From: Octopus bimaculoides
Lineage: Eukaryota
Assembly: GCF_001194135.2 (NCBI RefSeq)
Contig: NC_068982.1
Location: 70,337,790-70,382,089, forward strand
Reading direction: 5' to 3'
Length of the DNA: 44,300 nt
Below, piece by piece: positions 12,799 to 23,267 of this stretch. Position numbers and translations under genes: made by a program. The notes below the pieces were generated by a model. The model was not told the DNA's origin, ran no database searches, and saw only the letters and a list, made by a program, of their open reading frames with translations. Every line of letters begins with the position of its first letter. Position 1 is the stretch's first letter.

Positions 12799-13201
12799 TA
12801 AATCTATTGTGGGGAAATTAAATTTGCTCTCTAGTTTGTAAAAAGCTTCAATAGAATGCTATAGATCTCCAAGAGGCAGAGATCACACTTTTAGGAACAA
12901 TCAACAGAGAAAGATGCATGGTCCACAAGGGACCAAATGATGTTATAATTACCCTTTAGCGTCTAGATGTATTTGAACAGCAAAATAGTAAAGCAGCTTT
13001 CTGAGCAACACAGAATTTTAAAAAAATTATAGCTGTTATCTGCAAAAGACCATATCTTTTAAAGACATGCTATGGTAAAGGCAGATATTAGGGCTGTTAT
13101 ATTTACATAGAAAAAACATTTCTAGTCCTGGTTATAGAAGCTGCAAAGTTTGTAGGGTAAATTTTTTTTGAAAATTGTATGATGGGCTTCTCTATAGATG
13201 G

Positions 13202-13601
13202 ACAGGAAGCGGTGCAGCTTCCTAGGGCTAAATAGCAGTAGTATGATTCCCTTCTTGGGACTGTCACGTTAAGTTGACAGCATACAACTACTTTATCGTA
13301 TCACTACTGCTCAAGTCTCTCTGAGTGAATGTGTTTCACTAGAATTATTATGTTTACGAGAGCTTGACAGGCATCTTCAGCCAGCAAGTCATGCTACTCC
13401 AGGCTGATGATGAGCAAAAATTCAGAAACATGTCCCTGGATGCAGGCTTGGCTGGGTGGAAGTGCTTGTCTCCCCCTCGTAAACTAAAGGACACAGGAAA
13501 TGTGTTAAGGCCAACAGGAAGTGGTGTAGCTTCCTAGAGCTAAATAGCAGTAGTATGATTTCCTTCTTGGGACTGTCACATTAAGTTGACAGCATACAAC
13601 T
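13202..13601 (+). mobile_element. Hammerhead-containing tandem unit, 312-bp period (about 1.3 copies); retrozyme-like or Penelope pseudo-LTR-like
   Basis: 88-bp direct repeats at 13202-13289 and 13514-13601 with 5 differences, all transitions, enclose the hammerhead. Confidence 0.7.
13398..13440 (+). ncRNA. Type I hammerhead ribozyme (minimal stem III, Penelope/retrozyme type)
   Basis: Stem I TCCAGG (13398-13403) pairs with CCTGGA (13435-13440). Core CTGATGA 13404-13410. Stem II TGAG/caaaaa/TTCA. GAAA 13425-13428. Palindromic stem III ACATGT. GTC cleavage triplet, with the cut after 13434. Confidence 0.85.
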
Positions 13602-14101
13602 CCTGGCAATATTGCACAAAATGAATAATCTGTGATCATGCTAAAGACCAAAATATTTGAAGTGGAATCTCTTCCAAATTCTCACAAGTTCATCCCCCAT
13701 TTAAAGTAATTATTGTAGAAGGCAAAGATTTCCTTGATGCATAATGACTCAATTCCAAAGCTTATTAGAGAATGGATTTACTTGTTGATAAGTATAATTC
13801 TACAATATCTAACAGCATGAATTTACTAAAACATTTTCCATAAAATTAAGCCACTTGGTAACATTCAATATTACAGAACAGATGAGAAAAGACAACTTTT
13901 ACATTTATTTCTTTTGTTTCAGTCATTGGACTGTGGCCATGCTGGGGTAAATACAATAAATCCCAGTGCTTAGCTTTTTTTCTTATTTTTAGAAGCCTGG
14001 AATTTATTATATTGTCAAGTGTTGGTGGGAGGGACAAACAAAGATACACGTATTATATGATGGGCTTCCATGTAGTTGTCTGTCAAATTCACTTACAAGA
14101 G

Positions 14102-14135
14102 TCTACTATAGACACTGGCCAGTGTCTATAGTAGA
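14102..14135. repeat. 34-bp perfect palindrome
   Basis: tctactatagacactgg|ccagtgtctatagtaga. Confidence 0.95.
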
Positions 14136-14615
14136 AGACACTAGCCTAAAGTGCTGCACAGTGAGACTGAACCTGAAAGCACATGGTTGAAAAGCAAGAT
14201 TCTTAACCACATAGCCATGTCTATATATATAGATATAAAGGAGATTTAAAAAAAAAATCTCCTTTGTATTTAAAAATTTTCACAAAGACTTTCAAATATA
14301 TAAAAAGTGCAATTCACTAATTTTTATGTGAAATTCTATGAGAATTATTGCAATTTAAGAAACTAGGTACAGGCAAGAAGTTCTAGGTTGATCCGAGATT
14401 CAGTGTTACCTCATCAACTTCAATACTAAGGTAAATGAGATACATTCCAGTTCAATATGATATTGTAATAGAAATAACAAACAGCAACACATTTTAGTAA
14501 TTAAAAACAAAAACACTCTTTTAATAACTGGATATCTAGTGAGTGTGTAAAAACTATATACATAGTATCAAGAAAGAGACAGTGGTATAATGGCATAATC
14601 TAAGCAATCAAGACA

Positions 14616-14732
14616 TTATTCAATCTCAACTTGAGCACCAACAGCTTCTAAGGCAGCTTTAATTTTTTCAGCTTCTTCTTTGGGAATATCGGATTCAATG
14701 GTTTGAGGAGCTGCTTCAACAAATTTCTTGGC
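14616..14732 (-). CDS. MRPL12: MRPL12 exon 5, terminal
   Basis: ttcttgtAG|gcc; AKKFVEAAPQTIESDIPKEEAEKLKAALEAVGAQVEIE*, the canonical L7/L12 C-terminus. The five exons total 624 nt (207 aa + stop). Confidence 0.97.
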   Translation of the reverse strand, partial: AKKFVEAAPQTIESDIPKEEAEKIKAALEAVGAQVEIE

Positions 14733-15142
14733 CTACAAGAACAGGAGAATAGAGAAAAAGATTAATTTTTTTTCCAAAACACAGCAAAGTGTGAGAAACA
14801 ATTAACATTGGTCCATGAATTTGGTGGCTGTGTGGTCAAGAAATTTGGGGTTCAGTTCCACTGTGTGGCACCTTGGGCAAGTGTTCTCTACTATAGGCCA
14901 TTTTAAACCCAAATTGAAGGTGGTTGTGAGGTTTATCTTTTTTTAGTGACAGGCAGATAGTCATGGGTCCATCCTTGTTTCTCCAGGTCTCAGACCAATG
15001 TATTGGCTCAACCTACTTCTTATAGGCCCTGATGGGTTACATGAAGTATGTGCAATTTTTTACTGTAACATAGCAGTATAGCATCATATACATTTGATGC
15101 TGTGATATAGCAACGATGTATTAAGAATGCGCCGTACTATAA

Positions 15143-15660
15143 TCTTCTTATAATGGGCGTTATGTCCGCCTGTCTGTCTATGCCCTCTTCACAGTCAAAC
15201 AGCTGGATCAATGGTCACGATGTTTTTCGGGATTATGAAGGAGGTAATCAGGAAGGTTTTGAGTGAAAAATGTGAAAAAAGCATGATTATTTAGTGGATA
15301 CTGAGTTTTGTATTAATAAATTACCTTTGATTTTTTTTTTTTTTTTTTTTTTTTGTTAAAATTCTGGCCATGAGGATTAACTCTGGATTTCCCCACCATA
15401 TAGTTCGTGAATTAAGAGGGTTTAGATTTGCGATACTATCCCTGTATTTTCCATTGGAGATGGGCAGGTTTGTTATCTTACTATAATGGGTGTTATGTCT
15501 GTCTCTTTGTTCCCTCTTCACTGCCAGATGGCTGGACCATTGGTTACAATATTTTTTGGGGATTACAAAGACAGTCATCAGGAAGGTTCTTAACATTAAA
15601 AAATCAGAAGGTATGACTTTCGTGGATATTGATTTTTGTAATTGATTAAGCACCTTCACA
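15143..15660 (+). mobile_element. Two tandem non-autonomous Helitron-like 5' segments
   Basis: Related units start a|TCtt...tataatggg at 15143 and 15476, each with a tgtc(y) short repeat. An imperfect hairpin at about 15441-15468 precedes the second start. Confidence 0.5.
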
Positions 15661-15704
15661 TTTTTATTAAAAATTCACTGACCATGTGCAACTCTGGATT
15701 TTCA

Positions 15705-16315
15705 TTGAAGCAAGACCTTCGAACATTGGGCCTCACCGAGGCGATGACTACTGACCGAGACCTTTGGAAATGTGCTGTGCGTGAGAAGACCCGGCAAGCC
15801 AAGTGAGATCGTTGCCAGTGCCCCTGGACTGGCTCTTGAGCGGGTGGCACACAAGATGTACCATCCTGAGCGTGACNNNNNNNNNNNNNNNNNNNNNNNN
15901 NNNNNNNNNNNNNNNNNNNNNNNNNNNNNNNNNNNNNNNNNNNNNNNNNNNNNNNNNNNNNNNNNNNNNNNNNNNNNNNNNNNNNNNNNNNNNNNNNNNN
16001 NNNNNNNNNNNNNNNNNNNNNNNNNNNNNNNNNNNNNNNNNNNNNNNNNNNNNNNNNNNNNNNNNNNNNNNNNNNCTCTTGTGCGGGTGGCACATAAAAG
16101 ACACCATTTCGAGCGTGGCCGTTTTCGTGCGGGTGACACGTAAAAGCACCCACTACACTCTCTGAGTGGTTGGCGTTAGGAAGGGCATCCAGCTGTAGAA
16201 ACTCTGCCAAATTAGATTGGAGCCTGGTGTAGCCATCCGGTTGCACCAGTCCTCAGTCAAATCGTCCAACACATGCTAGCATGGAAAGCGGACGTTAAAC
16301 GATGATGATGATGAT
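15705..16315 (+). mobile_element. 5'-truncated RTE-clade LINE: ORF2 C-terminus, 3' UTR and (GAT)n tail
   Basis: 15705-15806 translates LKQDLRTLGLTEAMTTDRDLWKCAVREKTRQAK*, matching the RTE ORF2 terminal DRxxW motif. It is followed by a subrepeated UTR (with gap) and the tail ggacgttaaacgatgatgatg. Confidence 0.8.
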
Positions 16316-16556
16316 ACGAAGAGGATCGCGAGGACAGTTAATAGCAAAAATAAAATGGAAAAAGTGTGTGTGATTATTTAGTGGTCTTGAAGTGTGTCAG
16401 TCTTGAGCAGGATTCGAAACAGCTAATCGAAGCAGCTGTTGTTTACATCTCAGTTTTGTCAAAATAACCCATGGTACCAGAACATCCAGACATTATTCAC
16501 ATAGAACAGTGAGTCTTAGTTTGATTTTTTGCAACCCTAAAGATTCCGCGTGTGCA

Positions 16557-16729
16557 TTCACAGCCAACAAGGCACAGGGCCAAACTTTAGATAGTACAGG
16601 TATATTTTTACCCACTCTGATGTTTACCATGGCCAGTTATACATCGCTATGAGTAGAGCAACGGACTCCGGTAATTCGAAAATTAGTGTCAACCAAACAG
16701 AAAATATTGTCTACAAAGAAGTTTTGTAA
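16557..16729 (+). pseudogene. Helitron RepHel PIF1-type helicase C-terminal remnant
   Basis: FTANKAQGQTLDSTGIFLPTLMFT, then a -1 frameshift near 16628, then HGQLYIAMSRATDSGNSKISVNQTENIVYKEVL*. These are helicase motifs V and VI plus the typical NIVYKEVL terminus. Confidence 0.85.
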
Positions 16730-17294
16730 TCATATTGATATTATTGAAAGGAATATGATTCATAATTTAAATAAGGAAATTCGTTAACTTTGAATGTATA
16801 AGAGTATAAACAAGTATAAAACAAGTAAAATAAAAGTATATCTAAATAACATTTTTTTCTTTATACTTTTTATGTAATGGTTGAAGGAAGCTCTGGCTTT
16901 TGTTAGGAGTGGTCCACATAACCATTCATGATACAGAGGCTGGGAGTCTATTTCAGCTCGGGAGTGAATTGTNNNNNNNNNNCAGAGGCTGGGAGTCTAT
17001 TTCAGCTCGGGAGTGAATTGTCATCACATCATATAGCTGCAATAGAATGCTGTATCACCAACAATAATGTGATTTCTATAAGACATCACCCAGTAATCTA
17101 TCAACTCCATTTACACATACATACTGCTGTTATGACTTCCCTCCCTCATTTTATGCCTCCATTGTAGAGAAGTAGATTTGTTAGTCAATATAATAGCAAT
17201 GTAAGAGAGAAGCATTGTATTGTACATTTAACAGTAATTTAAAAGATAAGTATTATACTGTTTCCACCACTCAGAGCATTGCTGTATTATACAT

Positions 17295-17661
17295 GTTGGC
17301 ACTCCGTCGCTTACGACGTCAAGGGTTCCAGTTGATCCGATCAACGGAACAGCCTGCTCGTGAAATTAACGTGCAAGTGACTGAGCACTCCACAGACACG
17401 TGTACCCTTAACGTAGTTCTCGGGGATATTCAGCGTGACACAGTGTGACAAGGCTGACCCATTGAATTACAGACACAACAGAAACAGGAAGTAAGAGTGA
17501 GAGAAAGCTGTGGTGAAAGAGTACAGCAGGGTTCGCCACCACCCCCTGCCGGAGCCTCGTGGAGCTTTAGGTGTTTTCGCTCAATAAACACTCACAACGC
17601 CCGGTCTGGGAATTGAAACCGCGAGTCCGCTGCCCTAACCACTGGGCTATTGCGCCTCCAC
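17295..17661 (-). mobile_element. tRNA-derived SINE, family B, full length with target-site duplication
   Basis: Minus-strand head gtggaggcgcaatagcccagtggttagggcagcggactcgcggtttcaattccc has A- and B-box-like motifs. The flanking 12-bp direct repeat tgtattatacat is at 17283-17294 and 17662-17673. Confidence 0.85.
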
Positions 17662-17762
17662 TGTATTATACATATATTGTACAGAACTATATTACTCTTA
17701 AGCAGTAGGACCAATTAAGAACGAAATTTATCATATTCAGTGAATTAAATCCAAGGACTAAC

Positions 17763-17900
17763 CTGTACAAGATTAAAACCCGACATTAAATTCTTTATTT
17801 CTTTGATAACTGGTATCTTTTTAGCAGCATCAAATGATACTAATTTCACAGAGAAGATTGTTTGTTCTTGTTTTAAAGGAGCTTCTTCAGTATCCTCTGT
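17763..17900 (-). CDS. MRPL12: MRPL12 exon 4 (C-terminal domain)
   Basis: cttttcAG|aca...cag|GTtagt; TEDTEEAPLKQEQTIFSVKLVSFDAAKKIPVIKEIKNLMSGFNLVQ. Confidence 0.95.
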
Positions 17901-18491
17901 CTGAAAAGTCAAAAGAATATAATAAATGTAAACTTTACTCAACAGAAAGTTCAATAAGTAGGATATACATGTATCTGAAAGTATAAGTAATACTAGCTTA
18001 GATCTTTAACTTACAATATCTGTTGAAAATGATTGAAGACAACAACTCCATTACAAAACAGAAAGGAATGATAGAGGAATGGATTAGAGTTTTCCTTCCT
18101 TGTTCCCTTCAAAAGGAATACAAACCAAGTTACACAGTCCTGCATGAGGATGCATTGGTCAGGCAGTCTTGAAACACATGATATGACACAGATTGTACTA
18201 ACTTTGTCTACATTCATTTCAAGTGTGATATTGAGCATTTCAGGATTAGCTGAGCAATGCAGTCCCATATGCTGCTGTGTCATACAGCACCTTACATTAA
18301 GAGTCAAATTTGTCAACATCATTATCACCACAATTATCAGCTTAATAATTAAAAACATCTGTAGCAATTAAAACTGTGGTGTGATATAGGGGAATTGATG
18401 GATAGCAATGAATAGAATTAGGAAACAATAATTTTGTTGGTTGGTAGTTAGTTAGTCAGACAACCACTAACTAAACACAAATTGAACTTAC

Positions 18492-18560
18492 CGAAGACGG
18501 TGCAGCAGCAGCAACAGGCATTGCTGACATCATGGGAGTGTCTTTGATATTCAAAGTTTT
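18492..18560 (-). CDS. MRPL12: MRPL12 exon 3 (Ala-rich hinge)
   Basis: ctacAG|aaa...tcg|GTaagt; 23 codons KTLNIKDTPMMSAMPVAAAAPSS. Confidence 0.93.
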
Positions 18561-20987
18561 CTGTAGATGAGAAGAAAGAAAAAGAAAATTAATCCTTTAG
18601 CATTCAGATTACTCTTTCAAACGAAATGTGTATTTATCCACATTGTTTTGAATTAATTGTGCATTATCTTGTAGCTTAAGGATTTCGATGTGGTTATTTA
18701 GAGAATGACATTATAGCATAGGTGCAAGGGGCAGATCTGGTCCATTTGAACAAAAAACAGGTAGGATATTTGGGCCAGATATGGCAGGTTTAAATGTTTC
18801 TCTGCTAACTTTTTACACAGTAATTTATAGAATTAAATACAAAAATTACTCAACATTATAATTAGTCTGTTTATCAGTATTAGTAATCCTTAAGGACTTC
18901 TCATATGAACCCACTTGGGAAATGCTGATGTCAATCAAAGATTTGTTGAAAGGTAACGAGATCATAATTTGTCATAGTATTTTTAGAAGAGACTTCACAG
19001 GCATAATTACAAAGATTAGAATACAGTAAAATGCACTGATTTTTCTGTATAAGGCATGGCTGTATAGTGAGGAGGAAGTTTGCTTTCCAACCATGTGGTT
19101 TTGAATTCAGTTCCACTGCATGGCATTTTGGGCAACTGTCTTCTACTACAGCCCTCACTTCACCAAAGCTTTGTGAATAGATTTGGTAGATGGAAAATGA
19201 TAGAAGCTTGTCATATATGTATGTGTGCACGTGCATGTGTGAGTGTGTGTTGATGTCTCCTTGCCTTGACATTGTGCTAGTTAAAAAAGAGCATCACCAT
19301 CATGTAAGCGGTGTCTGTTTTCAATCTTCAGGGAAACATGTCCAGCCTTAGGCAAGTATTACTTTGCTTGGGAAAATGTAATTGTTGGCAACAAGATGGG
19401 CTCTAACTGTAGAAAATCTGCCTTGGAAAAGTAGATGTTGAAAAAACAATGATGATTCACTCTTTATTAATAAGATAAAATAAAGTTTGCATCCATTATA
19501 ATTCTTCTTTTTTGGCCACGGCAGGAATATGGTTAAAAAAAATTTAACCTTTTTGATATCAACCAGCCTTAGATTGTATCTGGGTCTGATATACAAACTT
19601 ACTGTTTTATATTGATCTAAGTTACAACCCTTCATTGAAATTTCATACTAATTTATGTTCCAAAGACCAGTTTAATAATGTCAAAATTATTTTACTAAAT
19701 TCTTCATTGTTTCATATTAACTGAAACAAGCAGTATAATTCAACAGAAATTTGCTAATACCATCATAAACTTAATTAAACTACCTTAATGGTAATTTGTC
19801 AATTTTCAACCCTTAACCCTCACTATATGAATTAAATTTTATCCAGTGATGTAACACACTAATCATATGCAAATCAGTTCTCACAACTTTCTACTGGTCA
19901 GTAAAAATAGCATGTTTGTACAATATCCTATGAAATGTGGAGAATTCTGGAAAGTACTCCACTATTAAAAACAAGTTAACTTGGCTTTTGTGTCATCGAG
20001 TGTATATGCACAAAACTGAGCATATTTAGCTCCAGCATAATAAAGGTTAATGGTTCCACCCTCTCCCTATAAGAAATACTACTTTAGAATATGGCAAGTA
20101 GAATTAGTAGAGCATGCAATATTTGGTTATGTCCCTTCACGGTCCAGGTTCAAAACTCACTCTAGTTCACATTACCCTTCATCTTTCTGAAGTCAATAAT
20201 ACATAAGTAATGGATTTGATATCACTGACTACAATACCTTTAAAGATGGATTCCCAATAGACCTACCGTTCTGTCAACAGAAACACACAACACATGTCCT
20301 GGCAGGTGAATGATGAGAGAATGCATATGCATGTGTGTGTGTGTGTGTGTGTGTGTGAATGAATGCGAGAAGAGATGAGGACAAAATAGGCAACTCTCTA
20401 TTTAACAATATTTTATACATATTTTTACATATAACTATTACATGTTTGTTCACTTTTGTTTCTGCATCCATTTTACTATATCATGGGTTAGATGAATATA
20501 TTATTGAAAGATTGCTTCACATCTGGATGTCCTAGTCACTAACCCTTCTAGTCCTTGTCTTTCAAGTATGGGATAACATACCTTTGAGAGCACAAAGATA
20601 AAGATACAGGCATGACTATGTGGTTAAGAAGCTCACTTTGCAATTGCATGGTTTCAGGTTCAATCCTATTGTGCAGCATCTTGGGGTAGTGTCTTCTAAC
20701 TATAGTCCCGAGCCACCCAATGCGTGGTGAATGAACTTGGTAGATGGAAACTGTATGAAAGCCTGTTATGTGTGTGTGTGTGTCTTTGTGTATGTCTTTG
20801 TCCTCTCCATTACTTGACAACTCATGTAGTTTCTTTACATTCCCATAACTCAGCAGTTCAGCAAAAGACACCAACAAAATAAGTACTGGACTTTATAAGA
20901 AACAAACAAAAATATTGGAGTCAATGACTGAAATAAGTAAAAGATAAAAAATTGGCAAAAAACAAAACAAAAAACCAATTAACAAAC

Positions 20988-21228
20988 CTTTAATAATTCA
21001 TTCAAATCTGAAACTTCTAAAAGGGTCAAAGCTCCAATTTCATCGACTAGTTTTTGAATTTTAGGAGAATATTCTTTAGTAGTATCTTCAACATGTGGTC
21101 CTACAGCAAGAGCTTCATTTTGACATGATGATGTAGTAGAGAAGAAAGATCTAGTGGTGACTTTGTAGTAGTTAGTGGGATCATTCTGGCATCTGTTGTC
21201 ATGCCATCGCTGTATTACTGGGTGAACT
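20988..21228 (-). CDS. MRPL12: MRPL12 exon 2 (presequence and N-terminal dimerisation domain)
   Basis: Branch-like gctaac, pyrimidine tract and ctctgacAG acceptor; (R)VHPVIQRW...[29 protein letters not shown]|GTttgt. LTLLEVSDL is the bL12 N-domain signature. Confidence 0.92.
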
Positions 21229-21351
21229 CTGTCAGAGAAGAGATATGGATGGAGGTTAGCAAAAAATTCCTTAAAAAATTAAGGAATTGTAAAAAATTTA
21301 TAGCAGCATGAATGAGAAAAGCACCAATTTTAATATTATTTCTTTTTTTAA

Positions 21352-21568
21352 CCCTTTAGCATTCAGATTATTCTGTCAAATGTAATATTTATTTATTGAC
21401 ATTGTTTTGTATCATTCATGCATTATCTTGTAGCTATGAGATTTCAATGTGATGGCTTGTTTTTAGACTGACATTGTAGGATAGGTGTAAGAGGCCAGAT
21501 CCAGCCAGTTTAAACGTAAACCAGGTAGAATATTTGAGCCTGAAACGTCTGGTTTGAATGTTAAAGGG
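21352..21568. mobile_element. piggyBac-type MITE (partial relatives at about 18593-18797 and 33721-33870)
   Basis: TTAA on both sides (21348-21351, 21569-21572). TIR ccctttagcattca vs ccctttaacattca (right end, reverse complement). Confidence 0.85.
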
Positions 21569-23267
21569 TTAAGGATAAGAAGTTGGTAGCTGTTAAATCA
21601 CCATCATCATCAGCATCATTTTAATGTCCACTTTTCTATGCTCACATGGGTTGGAAGGAATCTGCTGAGGCAGACTGTCTATGCCTGGATACCTTTCCTG
21701 CCACCAAATCTCAACCTGTTTCCAAGCAGGTAAAGATTCCCCCATGACCAGACATGCTTTCACTGAAGATTGGACACAAAGGACATTGCTTGCATGACAG
21801 TGTCACTAGTTTACAACTATCACATGATATCAAAGCAAGGAGACTAACACACACACACACACACCAATGGGCTTCTTTTAGTTTCCATCTATAAAAACCA
21901 CTCACAAGGCTTTGATCAGCCTGGGACTATAGATGGTACCACATAGTTGGTACTGGGGATGCCAACTTACCACACAGCCATGCTCCAAAAAGTATTAGGT
22001 GATGGTAGTTAATCTGATTGAACCAAGGAAATTTTGTTCCCATAAGTTTTTCAAATTGCTGATTATTATCTGTACTCACAACTTCTAACAAAAACGTTAC
22101 GATTTTTTTTTTATGAATGAGTAGGATTTGAATGCAGAATATACAAAGCCAGAACAGATGCTATAAGATGTTCTGTCTGATGCTATGAGAATTCCTCTAA
22201 TCAAATATAACTCTGGACTGATATTTCCGTGCTGGCATGGGGCTGGATGATTTGACAGGATCAGGCAAGACACAGTGCTGTGTTGAGCTCCACAGTTAGC
22301 TTTGGCATGGTTTTTATGGCTGGATGCCTTTCCTAATGCCCACCACTTTACAGTGTGTAGTGGGTGTTGTGTTTTTTTTCTATTTTCGCACTAACAGACA
22401 GCAGTAAGGTATTAGAGGCATTTCCCCCCATCAATGCAAGGAAAAGACTGTGTGAATTGGTAGTAAAAGATAAGTAAAGGAAAATTTGAACTGTGGATGG
22501 CAACCAAATTATGGCTTGTTATACAGAACTAAAGTTTTGTTTTTACAGATGAAATTACCTAGATTAGAGACTTGCAAGAAAAAAGTACTTTTAGCGCTGC
22601 TGAATTAAGTTAATTAACATAACCAATCTATCATCGTCATCATCATCATCATCATCATAAACAACAACCTCTGGACATTACTGTCTTGAGTCTGAGGACT
22701 CATAAGACCAGTTACCCAGTTTCCACGGCACATAAATGACAGATCACCAAGATCTGTCATAGGGTTATTCATTTACAGCTGAGTGGAATGGAATAATGTG
22801 AAGTGAAATGTTTTGCTCAAGAATACAATGCATTATCTGGTTCAGGAATCAGAATCCCAACCATGCAGTCATGAGTGTAACACCCTAATCACACCTTCAC
22901 CTAACTAATCTATGCCAGCTTATAAAAGCTGAATTAGCAAAGAAATTAAGTAATGCTTCATAACCTATTAAGGGTTTTTCTTTTTGATATGGTTTGTTAC
23001 GAAGTCAGTTGTCTCCATGTATTTATATAACAAACAGTTAAGTGAAGTTTTTATTTTTAATAATTGCAGTGTGGAAGGTATTTTTAAATGGCTTATAAAC
23101 ACCTTCCACACTGCAATTGTTTTTGTTTCAGCACACGATCTCAGATCAGGTCACTTGCTATGCAAGTACATCTCCGTAATTATTTTTAATAATTTACTCA
23201 AAACAAGGAAGGAGGCACCGTCAATGTTTGTAGGGCCATCAGAGATTAGTGAGATTGATGCAATTAA

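Noticed and set aside
13320-13380. Possible antisense hammerhead (minus-strand CTGAAGA...GAAAC) overlapping the plus-strand ribozyme
   Set aside because: No stem II or stem I closure and no properly placed NUH triplet could be found.
16933-17021. Identical 39-bp direct repeat (cagaggctgggagtctatttcagctcgggagtgaattgt)
   Set aside because: It flanks a 10-N gap, so it is an assembly artefact and not a CRISPR-like or biological repeat.
21229-21269. Longer MRPL12 exon 2 using the in-frame AG at 21270-21271
   Set aside because: It is phase-incompatible with exon 1. The acceptor at 21229-21230 has a branch point and pyrimidine tract and the right phase.
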